DNA of 63,992 nt, the filler included. It is 4 parts of 4 records of this genome, joined end to end, with 100 filler letters (N's around TTAATTAATTAA, not from the genome) between each part and the next. Parts side by side here need not be neighbours in the genome. Positions count along the whole stretch, not along the records: positions 29,956 to 44,019 come from SRR20825010_24; positions 44,120 to 60,396 come from SRR20825010_25; 2 more parts are not named here. One strand, given 5' to 3'. Position numbers and translations under genes: made by a program. Positions 41,529-51,498 of this stretch are shown here, piece by piece (position 1 is the first letter of the stretch; each line of letters starts with the position of its first letter). The notes under the pieces are model-generated. The model was not told the origin of the DNA. It saw only the letters and a program-made list of their open reading frames with translations, and did no database searches.

Positions 41529-42563
41529 ATGAAGAAAAGAAAGATTTTCCTATTAGCCATGGTGGTGTTTTCAGTAATGCTCACCTCCTTTAGTTTTTAC
41601 TTCTATCAAGTGTTTTATGGCGCCAATATTCTAATTGAGAGAGAAAACACAACCGTTACAATCCACTATGGTGAAGGTTTTGATGAGGTGCGCAACAAGT
41701 TTTATGACGCTCAAGTCATCAATGATGTAATCTCCTTCAGCTTTGTTTCCAAAACTTTGGGCTATCAGGATGCAGTAAAACCCGGTGTTTATTATCTAAA
41801 GACAGGCATGTCTAATATTGAGACCGTTAGAATGCTTAGGGCTGGAGATCAAATTCCTGTCAGAATTACTTTCAACAATGTAAGGTTGAAATCTGAGCTG
41901 GCTGAGAAAATCACGGACAATACCGGTATTGACCCGGCAGAGTTTGAAGCACTTCTCAATGATGATACTTTTTTAACAGACTATGGGGTAAATTCAGAAA
42001 ATGTAATGACATTGTTTTTGCCCAACACTTATGAAGTGTATTGGACGATTAAAGCCGAGGAGCTTTTTTCCAAAATGGCAGAAGAACACAAGAAGTTCTG
42101 GACAGCCGATCGTATCGCAAAGGCAAAAGCACTAGACTTAACACCTGTGCAAGTGTCAGTTTTAGCCTCTATTGTTCAGGCCGAGAGTATCAAAAATGAC
42201 GAGCGACCAACAATTGCGGGGCTTTACCTCAACCGCCTTGAAAGAAATATTGCGCTTCAAGCGGATCCAACATTGGTATTCGCCTTGGGCGATTTCACTA
42301 TTCAAAGGGTGCTGAATGAACACAAGAGAGTTCAAAGCCCATATAACACCTATTTAAATAGAGGCTTACCTCCAGGGCCAATCAACTTACCAACGATATC
42401 TTCCATAGATGCAGTACTGAATTACGAAAAGCATGATTATATTTATATGTGCGCCAAAGAAGATTTTTCTGGGTATCACAGGTTTGCAAAAACATTAGTT
42501 CAGCACAATAAGAATGCAGCTTTATTCCAAAGAGCACTCAACGAAAGAAGAATATTCAGATAA
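41529..42563 (+). CDS. mltG: Endolytic transglycosylase MltG
   Basis: LASIVQAE, NRL, LQADPT, SPYNTY, GLPPGPI. Confidence 0.95.
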   Translation: MKKRKIFLLAMVVFSVMLTSFSFYFYQVFYGANILIERENTTVTIHYGEGFDEVRNKFYDAQVINDVISFSFVSKTLGYQDAVKPGVYYLKTGMSNIETVRMLRAGDQIPVRITFNNVRLKSELAEKITDNTGIDPAEFEALLNDDTFLTDYGVNSENVMTLFLPNTYEVYWTIKAEELFSKMAEEHKKFWTADRIAKAKALDLTPVQVSVLASIVQAESIKNDERPTIAGLYLNRLERNIALQADPTLVFALGDFTIQRVLNEHKRVQSPYNTYLNRGLPPGPINLPTISSIDAVLNYEKHDYIYMCAKEDFSGYHRFAKTLVQHNKNAALFQRALNERRIFR

Positions 42564-42976
42564 TGTACACTGCTTCCACCCAAATCAGGGTAAGATATGC
42601 CGAAACCGACCAAATGTCTTATGTCTATTATGGCAACTATGCTATGTATTACGAAGTAGCAAGAGTTGAGGCATTGAAAAAAATCGGGTTCAGTTATGGA
42701 AAATTAGAAAAAGCCGGGATTATGATGCCGGTTCACGAGAACTATAGTAAATATCATGGCCCGGCCAAGTACGACCAATTGCTTACTATTCAGGTAATAA
42801 TACCAGAAATACCGAAAGTAAGAATGCGATTCAATTACGAAATACGAAATGAACAGAATGAGCTTATTAATGAGGGTATGACTTCATTGGTCTTTGTTAA
42901 TATGGAGTCCAACAAGCTAACCAAGGCACCAAAAGATTTAGTACAGGTATTAGAACCCTATTTCGATGAAAAATAG
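42563..42976 (+). CDS. Acyl-CoA thioesterase (YbgC/4HBT-like)
   Basis: RVRYAETDQM..VYYGNY..YYEVAR. Confidence 0.92.
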   Translation: MYTASTQIRVRYAETDQMSYVYYGNYAMYYEVARVEALKKIGFSYGKLEKAGIMMPVHENYSKYHGPAKYDQLLTIQVIIPEIPKVRMRFNYEIRNEQNELINEGMTSLVFVNMESNKLTKAPKDLVQVLEPYFDEK

Positions 42977-43913
42977 GATTCTTAAATTCGTATTTGAAAA
43001 TAAGTACTACCTGAAGCTGGTCGCCTTTCTACAGAAGATCAAGCTAGGCAAAGACAAAATCGGGCTTTATGATGCTATTCTGATCTTTATACGAAAGATG
43101 TCTAATGATGAAATTTTAGATAGAGCTAATGGAGTAGCTTTTAGCTTCACTGTTGCTATCTTCCCTGCCATTATTTTCCTTTTTACCTTAACACCCTATA
43201 TACAAACCTTCTTTCCTGAGCTCACCAACAATGAGATCATCGGGTTTTTAAAAGACATTCTGCCATCAAATTTATACAATGCAGCAGAAACTACCATTCA
43301 TGACATTATTGGTAAACAGCGCGGTGGACTCCTCTCATTTGGTTTCATTCTTACGCTGATACTGTCTACAAATGGCATGGCCTCATTGATGGGTGCATTC
43401 AATGCCTGCTATAAAACCAATGAAACAAGAAGCTTTTTGTCAGTACGGTTCATTGCCACCATATTAATTTTCATTCTTGCACTATCTTTTATCATTTCAA
43501 TCGCACTACTAATTGTTGGGCAACAAATGATACAAGATTCAGAAATAAGATCCATCATTAACGATAATATATCAGTAGATTTAGTCTTAATTCTTAGATT
43601 CGTTTTTCTCTATTTGATATTTCAAATCGCCATTTCATCCATCTATTATTTGGCGCCCGCAGTACATGAAAAATGGCATTTTCTGAGCATAGGATCAGTA
43701 TTTTCGACCCTAGCCATCATAATTTCTTCCTTCGGGTTTTCTTATTACGTGAATAATTTTGGCACTTATAACAAGCTTTATGGTTCCATTGGTGCGTTGC
43801 TCGTTTTAATGCTATGGTTGTTCATAATTTCGTTGATTTTACTGGTAGGTTTTGAGATGAATGCGGCTATCGATAAGGCTAAAATGGAAATTCGTGAGGC
43901 CAACGATAAATAA
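42966..43913 (+). CDS. YihY/BrkB-family membrane protein
   Basis: AIFP, YNKLYGSIGA, GFEMNA; multi-TM. Confidence 0.92.
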   Translation: MKNRILKFVFENKYYLKLVAFLQKIKLGKDKIGLYDAILIFIRKMSNDEILDRANGVAFSFTVAIFPAIIFLFTLTPYIQTFFPELTNNEIIGFLKDILPSNLYNAAETTIHDIIGKQRGGLLSFGFILTLILSTNGMASLMGAFNACYKTNETRSFLSVRFIATILIFILALSFIISIALLIVGQQMIQDSEIRSIINDNISVDLVLILRFVFLYLIFQIAISSIYYLAPAVHEKWHFLSIGSVFSTLAIIISSFGFSYYVNNFGTYNKLYGSIGALLVLMLWLFIISLILLVGFEMNAAIDKAKMEIREANDK

Positions 43914-43927
43914 TTTCGCTCAAGCTA

Positions 43928-43957
43928 TTTGCAAAAATAAAATTACCACTATCTTTG
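43928..43957 (+). promoter_or_regulatory. Bacteroidota housekeeping promoter for the tRNA
   Basis: TTTG (-33) and TATCTTTG (TAnnTTTG, -7). Confidence 0.75.
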
Positions 43958-43982
43958 CAGTCCCAAACGGGAGATCACACAC

Positions 43983-44019
43983 AGAGGAGTGGCAGAGTGG
44001 TCGAATGCGGCGGTCTTGA
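43983..44019 (+). tRNA. tRNA-Ser(TGA), 5' half, cut by the gap
   Basis: AGAGGAG-TG-GCAGAGTGGTCGAATGC-G-GCGGT-CT-TGA: acceptor strand, D-arm, anticodon TGA. Confidence 0.85.
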
Positions 44020-44119
44020 NNNNNNNNNNNNNNNNNNNNNNNNNNNNNNNNNNNNNNNNNNNNTTAATTAATTAANNNNNNNNNNNNNNNNNNNNNNNNN
44101 NNNNNNNNNNNNNNNNNNN
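44020..44119. other. Artificial contig linker/gap
   Basis: 44 N + TTAATTAATTAA + 44 N. Confidence 0.97.
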
Positions 44120-44147
44120 TCCGGGGGTTCGAATCCCTCTTTCTCCG
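44120..44147 (+). tRNA. 3' half of a tRNA (Ser-type), cut by the gap
   Basis: GGGGG-TTCGAAT-CCCTC T-arm, acceptor strand TTTCTCC, discriminator G. Confidence 0.8.
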
Positions 44148-44171
44148 CTTAGAGATTATCAAATCTCACCT

Positions 44172-44207
44172 AAAACCCGATAAACACTATGTTTATCGGG
44201 TTTTTTT
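44172..44207 (+). terminator. Intrinsic terminator after the tRNA
   Basis: AAAACCCGATAAACA-CTA-TGTTTATCGGGTTTT plus T-run. Confidence 0.75.
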
Positions 44208-44576
44208 ATTTTTTGCAATAACATTTAATAGTATATTGTAATAAAAAAACTATTTCGAATTATATTCAACTTGTAAGAAAGCTTCTTTAATAATCTTTTC
44301 AAAATTTTCTCGTAGTAAACCGTTTTTTCAACTTAAATATGGATATACTTTAAATAAATCCTGTAATTTTTTTTAATTGTTTATATCTTAGGAGTTCTTA
44401 CAAAAGAAACATATTAAAAACAATAAGAACTCAGTATTAAGTATTTGATTTTCAGATTATTAGTAAATTTAAGTCGTTTTATCTAATTAATTTATTAGAT
44501 AAAAAACCTTCAAATTAATTTTTAAAAAAAATTAAAAACCTAAGCCGTGGTTTATTATATAAAGTAGTATTAAAAG

Positions 44577-45728
44577 ATGAAAAAAAACAACTCATTGCCC
44601 TTAGTTTTTATTGCTTCAATATTAATTTACTTAAGCTTTTACGGTTGTGAAACAAATAAAGTAGCCGAAATAAACATTGGGTATATTGGACCACTCACTG
44701 TAAGAGCTACAGATTTAGGGATAGCGCCTTCAAACGCTATGCAATTAGCTATAGAACAGTATAATTCAAACCGATTAGAAACCGAGCCAAAGGTTAATTT
44801 GTACATTGAAGATGATAAATGGGACAAGGACAATGCTATCCCTGCTTATGAAAAGCTACGAAAAGAACACGATATTAGTGTCTTATTTATTAGTAATACT
44901 GACGGTACAGTTAGCGTACAAAAGAAAATTTTGGAAGATGAAGTAATATTAGTAAATCCTTTAAATAACGGCGAATTATTCAACTCATTTAATAATAATG
45001 TTTTCAATATTGCTAAATCTACAGAAGAAACCAATAGGCTGGTTGCTGTTCGGATTATAGAATTAGGACTCAAAAAAGTTGCTGTATTTCAATTTCCAAA
45101 TGATTATATGACTAATGCAACAAAAGAAGTTAAAAGACTATTGGATTTATCTAAGGTTGAAATAAAAATAATCCCAGTAAAAGCCGGACAAACTACATTT
45201 ACAGACCAATTAAAACTTCTTAAAAACGAAAATTACGACGCTTATGTGTTTTTTGGTTATAAGGAATTTGGTTTTGCAATGAAAGAAGCGAGGGATATGG
45301 GTATTACAGCTCCATTTTTTGGATCAACTGTTTTACTTGACCCAGAATTTTACAGCAATTCTGAAGGAGCAATAGTAGGTACTGAATTCCCCTTCTTTAC
45401 GCAATCTGACGGTAATTATTCGCGCGCTGCTGAATTTCTAACAAGTTATGAAAATAGGTTTATTGAAAAACCTTCTTCCATTTGGCCTCCCATGCAAGCT
45501 TATGATGCAATGAATATAATGCTAAGTAAACTTAGAACTATTAATAAAAGTAAGGATAAAAACATAGCTTTTGACGATTGGCTGAGAGAAGCCCTTTATG
45601 AAGTAAATTATTATCAGGGTATTTGCGGCAATATTGCTATTAAGGATAATGGAACTTCCAAAGGCATATACTTTTCATTATATAAGTTTGGGTCTAAAGA
45701 AAACCCACTTACCAAAATTAAAAGATAA
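44577..45728 (+). CDS. LivJ/AmiC-like (type I periplasmic binding fold) lipoprotein
   Basis: Lipobox YGC; INIGYIGPLT, AIEQYN, EDD, QAYDA. Confidence 0.85.
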   Translation: MKKNNSLPLVFIASILIYLSFYGCETNKVAEINIGYIGPLTVRATDLGIAPSNAMQLAIEQYNSNRLETEPKVNLYIEDDKWDKDNAIPAYEKLRKEHDISVLFISNTDGTVSVQKKILEDEVILVNPLNNGELFNSFNNNVFNIAKSTEETNRLVAVRIIELGLKKVAVFQFPNDYMTNATKEVKRLLDLSKVEIKIIPVKAGQTTFTDQLKLLKNENYDAYVFFGYKEFGFAMKEARDMGITAPFFGSTVLLDPEFYSNSEGAIVGTEFPFFTQSDGNYSRAAEFLTSYENRFIEKPSSIWPPMQAYDAMNIMLSKLRTINKSKDKNIAFDDWLREALYEVNYYQGICGNIAIKDNGTSKGIYFSLYKFGSKENPLTKIKR

Positions 45729-45740
45729 TACAATTTCACT

Positions 45741-47255
45741 ATGAAAATACTAAATAAATTAATCCTTGCTTTTGGTGTATTAATAGTTATTTTACTAGGT
45801 GAAATTATTCTTAATCAAGTTATTTCAAACAGAGCGACTCAAACCTACAATACACTTCAATCAAAAATAAATCCAGCAATTACTGTACTACACAAGTATG
45901 AATCTATCAATAAAGAACTAGACCTTCTTTTAACCAATAGAATAAATGGAGACGATAAGATTAGCACAATTAATAGAGTAAAGGGAATTGTAGAAGTGGA
46001 ACTCACGTTTATACAAAAACAATTGTCTGTTCTAAAAGAAGATTTGCCTGAAGACAGTACTGATAGCGTTTTATTAGAAAAATTAATCAAGGACACTGAA
46101 GCATTAACTGCCAATACTGTTAAATTTAGAAGTCTTTTCAATAGTAAAATTGAAAATGAAGCCAATGTAGACCTTGCATTAGCCATTTATAACGATAAAA
46201 TTTCGAATCTTAATATATCAATCGATAATTACATTGATCATCTCAATTTAAATTATTCACGCGCTTTTGATAGTTATAACGCTGAACTTTCAAGTAATTT
46301 AAAATCTGTCTCAAATATTATTTTAATCACAGGTCTTGTCGGAATTTTACTTGCCATTCTCATTACAGTTCAAATTACTTATACTATTTCTGAACCCATA
46401 TATAAGTTGAAAAAAGCCGCATTTAAAATGAGCAAAGGAAATTTAGATGAGCGTATTGAAATTGAAGGAAAAAATGAATTAGCAGATTTAGGAAAATCAT
46501 TCAACGCTATGGCTCAAGAACTAAAAATAAGTTTTACAGAGCAAGAGAAACAGATTGAAGAAATAAAATCTGTTAATAAAGAACTTGAACAATTTGTGTA
46601 TGTAGCTTCACATGATCTTCAAGAACCACTTCGAACAATGTCTAGTTATATTGGACTAATTAGTGAATTATATATTGATCAATTAGACAGCAACGCTATA
46701 AAATATATGAACCATATTGAAAAGGCGTCTTTAAGAATGAAAACCCTCATAAAAGACTTATTAGACTATTCAAAAATTGGGAAAGTAAAAGAAGTAACAC
46801 CTGTAGACATTAATAAAATAGTAAATGATATTCTATTAGATCATGAATTGATAATAAAAGACACAAATGCAACAATAGAGTATGATAACTTACCAACAGT
46901 AATGGGCTTAGGGATTGAATTGAAACAACTTTTTCAAAATTTAATCAACAACGGGTTGAAATTTAGAATAGCTGATACCGCACCGCATATTCAAATAAAA
47001 GTTGATGAGCAGCCAGATTATTGGCTATTTTCTGTTAAGGATAATGGTATTGGTATGGATAAAAAATATTTTGATAGGGTTTTTGTTATTTTTCAAAGAC
47101 TTCACAACAAAGACGAATATCAAGGTACCGGAATTGGACTATCTATTTGTAAAAAAATTGTTGATATGCACCAAGGTAAAATTTGGATTGAGTCTGAGAT
47201 TAATAAAGGGTGCACATTTTATTTTACTATCTTTAAAGAATTAAAAAAAATATGA
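45741..47255 (+). CDS. Membrane sensor histidine kinase with HAMP domain
   Basis: 2 TM, HAMP (NELADLGKSFNAM), ASHDLQEPLR H-box, NLINN, DNGIG, GTGIGL. Confidence 0.95.
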   Translation: MKILNKLILAFGVLIVILLGEIILNQVISNRATQTYNTLQSKINPAITVLHKYESINKELDLLLTNRINGDDKISTINRVKGIVEVELTFIQKQLSVLKEDLPEDSTDSVLLEKLIKDTEALTANTVKFRSLFNSKIENEANVDLALAIYNDKISNLNISIDNYIDHLNLNYSRAFDSYNAELSSNLKSVSNIILITGLVGILLAILITVQITYTISEPIYKLKKAAFKMSKGNLDERIEIEGKNELADLGKSFNAMAQELKISFTEQEKQIEEIKSVNKELEQFVYVASHDLQEPLRTMSSYIGLISELYIDQLDSNAIKYMNHIEKASLRMKTLIKDLLDYSKIGKVKEVTPVDINKIVNDILLDHELIIKDTNATIEYDNLPTVMGLGIELKQLFQNLINNGLKFRIADTAPHIQIKVDEQPDYWLFSVKDNGIGMDKKYFDRVFVIFQRLHNKDEYQGTGIGLSICKKIVDMHQGKIWIESEINKGCTFYFTIFKELKKI

Positions 47256-47671
47256 AAAAATTTAATACAATTTTACTAATTGATGATGATACCGCAACAA
47301 ATGAATATCACGAAATAATCATAAACTTAGCTGGCGTTGCAAACAATATTCATTCAGTTACCAGTGGGCAAGAAGGGCTAGATTATCTTACATCTAAAAG
47401 AAATTACAACGGAATGGAAGATACATACCCCCAACCAGATTTAATATTTCTTGATATTAATATGCCTGCAATGAATGGGTTTGAGTTTATGGAAGAATAT
47501 AACAAGCTTGATGAAAACCAGAAGGGAAGCCATATTATAGTAATGCTAACCTCATCACTTAATCCAGACGACAAAGAGCGAGCTGGAAATAACACCCACA
47601 TTAAAGATTATATGGACAAACCATTGTCCAAAGCTTTGGTTTTAGAATTAAGAGATAAGTTTCTCCCTTAA
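47252..47671 (+). CDS. Single-domain response regulator
   Basis: LIDDD, FLDINMP, LTSS, KPL. Confidence 0.93.
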   Translation: MKKFNTILLIDDDTATNEYHEIIINLAGVANNIHSVTSGQEGLDYLTSKRNYNGMEDTYPQPDLIFLDINMPAMNGFEFMEEYNKLDENQKGSHIIVMLTSSLNPDDKERAGNNTHIKDYMDKPLSKALVLELRDKFLP

Positions 47672-47720
47672 CCAAAGTAAATAAAGTATGGGTTAAAAGC
47701 ACTTTTATAAAGTATGCAAA

Positions 47721-47753
47721 TAAAAATAGCGAGTTAGATTCTCGCTATTTTTA
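47721..47753. terminator. Bidirectional intrinsic terminator
   Basis: TAAAAATAGCGAG-N7-CTCGCTATTTTTA between convergent operons. Confidence 0.8.
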
Positions 47754-47787
47754 TATTAAATTAAATCCTAAAGTTTTAAAAAATAAA

Positions 47788-49041
47788 TCACTTCACGTAT
47801 TTCATATTCCAAGACAATGAGAAGGAGTAAATCCAAAAGTATTCTCCTGGGGCAAAGCTAATTTCTTGATGTACTACACCTGCATTAACTCCAAATGAAT
47901 TTTTTTTATTTTTACTTGAAAAGTTGTAACCTAAGTTGAATTTTTGGGAGTCGAGATTAACAATAGCATCCTCATTAAATTCGCCATAAAATCTGTATAT
48001 TTCTGGTGAAAACCCAATTCCCGCAGCTACACTGAAATACGTTTCTGCATCTTTCCCATACCTTCTATAACTCAACGTTCCTGAAATACTAGTATCTGGT
48101 TCTCCCGGTGTAACATAGGAACGAAATGACAAATAGCTATTGCCAGTATACCAACCCACAGACCCCGTAAAAATAGTTGTATATGAAGTGAATTTAAGTG
48201 TTCTAAACCCAAGAGAAGTTTCAAAACTTTTAGGAAGTGATTTATATAATTCACCACCAAACCTTATATCTGGAAATAAAAACGAATTTGAAACACCCAC
48301 ATTTGCATAGGCATACAATCCTTTTGTAATTTTAGGATACGCATCTATTTCAAATTGTACACCTGTAGATGAAAACCTATGGTTTATATTCATCTTAGCA
48401 TGAATACTACCTAATTTAGTTTGTCTGGAATATTTTACTAAATAATATTCCATTGGATCAAAAACTTCTGAATAAACATCAACAGATGTTGATATACCAA
48501 TAGAATTTTTACTTAATTTATCTATTAAATTTACTTTAAAGCGCTGTGCTTTTTCGTGTTCCGGATTTGTGTATAATATCTTATTAAGGGTATGTAACGC
48601 TGCTTCGCTATTCTCTAAGTCGTCTTCTGCCGTGGCTTTTAAATACAATAATTCCGCATTGTTAGGGAAATATTTAAAAGCTTCATCAGTCATTGCTAAA
48701 GCGTTTTGGGGAGCGTCACTTCTCAATTCATTTGTTATTATTGCTTCCCAATCATTCAATCGGTCGGGACTATCATTCAATATATACTCAAATTCCTGTT
48801 TAGCTTTTTTATAATCCCCGTCCCAAGAGTAAGTGTTAGCTAAAAAAGAACGAATATCGTGGTAATTAGGGTATTTTACCAGAAGTAATCGGAGCGTATC
48901 TTGCGCTTGTGCTCTTTGATCGTTAAACGCCATTTCTCTAGCAGTTTCAAATGCTTTATCTGGATCGCCTGTAAAAACCCTTTCTTGCCCAAAAGAACTG
49001 ATACTAGTGAAAATTAGTAAAACTAAAAAGAACTTTTTCAT
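47788..49041 (-). CDS. TPR + YaiO-family outer-membrane beta-barrel protein
   Basis: Start MKKFFLVLL at 49041; TPR-like region (LANTYSWDGDYKKA), barrel motifs QFEIDAYPK, LFPD, GWYTGN. Confidence 0.8.
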   Translation of the reverse strand: MKKFFLVLLIFTSISSFGQERVFTGDPDKAFETAREMAFNDQRAQAQDTLRLLLVKYPNYHDIRSFLANTYSWDGDYKKAKQEFEYILNDSPDRLNDWEAIITNELRSDAPQNALAMTDEAFKYFPNNAELLYLKATAEDDLENSEAALHTLNKILYTNPEHEKAQRFKVNLIDKLSKNSIGISTSVDVYSEVFDPMEYYLVKYSRQTKLGSIHAKMNINHRFSSTGVQFEIDAYPKITKGLYAYANVGVSNSFLFPDIRFGGELYKSLPKSFETSLGFRTLKFTSYTTIFTGSVGWYTGNSYLSFRSYVTPGEPDTSISGTLSYRRYGKDAETYFSVAAGIGFSPEIYRFYGEFNEDAIVNLDSQKFNLGYNFSSKNKKNSFGVNAGVVHQEISFAPGEYFWIYSFSLSWNMKYVK

Positions 49042-49054
49042 GATAGGAATCGTT

Positions 49055-51478
49055 TTATTGTATGCTGGTATTAAAATTTGTATACTCAGACGTATTTGGA
49101 TATAATTGAATAAGACTATCCATGATTTTACGTGCATTTTCTGCTTCATTAATTCGTTGATAAGCCTTGGCCATTTTAAAACTAATCTCTGGATTTTCCA
49201 CTTCGTTTTTTATAGCTTGATCAAAAATAGCTTTTGATTTTTTCTCTTGATTAGACCACCAATACATATCTAAAATTGCTTCATAACCATTACTTATGTA
49301 TGGAGATCGTTTGATGGCTTCTAACAAGACCACTTCAGAGTCTTCAAAATTTCCTTGCCACGCTAAGATTCTTCCTTTTAAAACTCTTGCATCTGAATAA
49401 TTTGGAAATTCATTTAAAATATAATCAATGAGTAAATTGGAAATTTCAAAATGTTTTTTAAAAGCAAGATCTCTGGCGATTATAAATAATTCATCAAAAC
49501 TCTTTCCTTCTGCATACTTATTAATTTCAGCTAACTGTGCTTTTGAAAATTTTGTTTTTGAGTTGGAATATGTATTAAGCGCCTCTGGGAATATTTTTTC
49601 ACGTTGGGTAACGTAAGCATTCATTTTTTTAAATGCCATTAAAGAATCAGTAATTGTTCTTAAAATAGCCGTATCCGCTACTTTACTAGTTTCAAAACGT
49701 TCGTTAATTTTATACAATTCATTTCCGGAATATAAATACTCTTTATAAATCATATCATTAATATCCCCTTTATATCGCATTAAGGGAATACTATTTAAAT
49801 TTCTAAATGTTTTAACGGTATCTAATCCTTTACCCATCCATGCTGTTTGTTCTAATGGGTTAAATTTATAGTTGTTGAATAAAAAACTTAATAAACTTGG
49901 AGTTACATCCCAATGTGAAGAAACTGATTTAAATTTTTCAGCATTTTTTAACATCGGGCTATAAAATAAAAGTGGCACATGATACCTACAAAGCTTATCC
50001 TTCATTGCTATGGGTATTAACCTATGATCACCTGTTATTATAAAAATAGTATTGTTGTAATCTGGCCTTTCTGAATAGGCCTGCATAAAATTTTTAAGGC
50101 TATTGTCTGTATATAAAAGACTCCCAAAAATATCGCTATGCCCTAAAATTTTATTTTTTAATGCTTCGGGTTTTTGAGATGCTTTAATTAAATCACCCAC
50201 TTGAACCATATAATTTTCTTTATCTGGATATTGAAATGGCTCGTGATTAGTAAGCGTCATTATAATATCTAATCGGGGTTGCTTTTCAATATTAAGTGAT
50301 TGCATTGCTTTTCTGAAAATTTCCCCATCAGGATAACCCCATGAAAAGCCACCATCATTAGCTTTAGTTTTAATGTAATCTGAGCTATAACTAGCTTCAT
50401 CAATTAAATTGTCTATGCCATTATACTCTAAAAACTTTATTTTTCTATCAAAACTGGAGGCATCTCCAGAATAGAAAGAAGTATAATAGCCGTTAGCTTT
50501 CAGAATGTTTATCAGAGATAGGTGAGATGGGGTGTCTTTTATTTCTAAAAACCCCGTTTCCCCATAAGGTAACGAACCAAATAAAGATGGTAAAAGCCCA
50601 AACGATCGCCCTGTGGTGCTTACAAAGTTTTCCCAATACAACGATTTATTAATCAAACCATCGAGATAGGGTGTAAAGCCACTGTAATCATTGCCATCAA
50701 GAAACTCACTACCCAATCCTTCAACTACTATAAAAACTATATTAGGTTTTTCTTCATTTAAATTAAAAAAAGACGATAAAACATCGGGGGTATCAAAGGG
50801 TTTTAGTAACGGGAAATCATCTCTATCTGAAAAGTTTAAGGCATTCATTTTATTAGCTTCAGCTTTAAATTTTATTAGGTCGTTCGCTAAAAAGGCTATT
50901 TTATTTTGAAATCTTTCTGCTGTTGCATCCTGTAATAGTAATGCTGTACTTCCGAAAATTATAATAGCTGCAATTCCTCCCCAAAGCAGAGTACGACTGT
51001 TATTGTATTTTTTAATTAGTATATACAACAAAATAAATACTGCTGGGAAAATAATAAATGGCAGAAAATAAGTGAATGAAATAGACTCTGAACTAGCAAC
51101 TGTATTAAATGCATCGTTATACGAATAGCCTAAAATATCTGCCCCTAAATTAATTAATGTTGTTAAGCTATACTTTACAAGCGAAAATTGAATAATAACA
51201 ATTATCGAAAAAATTATGGATATTAATACTGTAGCAATCTTTTTACTCCAACTATTTATGATTAAATATAATGGCAAAAAAAGTATCCCGACAACTACTC
51301 CAAACCAAAAATCATTAAGGAATTTATAAAATAAAGTAAGTGCAACATTTATATCACCTTCGCCTAATGGTTTAGACATAGCAATTTCATAAACACCAAT
51401 TAACCAAAATGCCAGAACTAATGCAATTAGCAGGTATACATAATTTAAAAGGTCTTTATTTTTTAGCCCGAACTTCAT
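49055..51478 (-). CDS. LtaS-like (alkaline phosphatase superfamily) membrane sulfatase/phosphotransferase with C-terminal TPRs
   Basis: About 5 N-terminal TMs; PNIVFIVVEG, TPYLD, TLTNHEPF, YTD, ITGDH; TPR tail (GRILAWQGNFEDS). Confidence 0.88.
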   Translation of the reverse strand: MKFGLKNKDLLNYVYLLIALVLAFWLIGVYEIAMSKPLGEGDINVALTLFYKFLNDFWFGVVVGILFLPLYLIINSWSKKIATVLISIIFSIIVIIQFSLVKYSLTTLINLGADILGYSYNDAFNTVASSESISFTYFLPFIIFPAVFILLYILIKKYNNSRTLLWGGIAAIIIFGSTALLLQDATAERFQNKIAFLANDLIKFKAEANKMNALNFSDRDDFPLLKPFDTPDVLSSFFNLNEEKPNIVFIVVEGLGSEFLDGNDYSGFTPYLDGLINKSLYWENFVSTTGRSFGLLPSLFGSLPYGETGFLEIKDTPSHLSLINILKANGYYTSFYSGDASSFDRKIKFLEYNGIDNLIDEASYSSDYIKTKANDGGFSWGYPDGEIFRKAMQSLNIEKQPRLDIIMTLTNHEPFQYPDKENYMVQVGDLIKASQKPEALKNKILGHSDIFGSLLYTDNSLKNFMQAYSERPDYNNTIFIITGDHRLIPIAMKDKLCRYHVPLLFYSPMLKNAEKFKSVSSHWDVTPSLLSFLFNNYKFNPLEQTAWMGKGLDTVKTFRNLNSIPLMRYKGDINDMIYKEYLYSGNELYKINERFETSKVADTAILRTITDSLMAFKKMNAYVTQREKIFPEALNTYSNSKTKFSKAQLAEINKYAEGKSFDELFIIARDLAFKKHFEISNLLIDYILNEFPNYSDARVLKGRILAWQGNFEDSEVVLLEAIKRSPYISNGYEAILDMYWWSNQEKKSKAIFDQAIKNEVENPEISFKMAKAYQRINEAENARKIMDSLIQLYPNTSEYTNFNTSIQ

Positions 51479-51498
51479 ATATTAAATGCCAATAAAAA

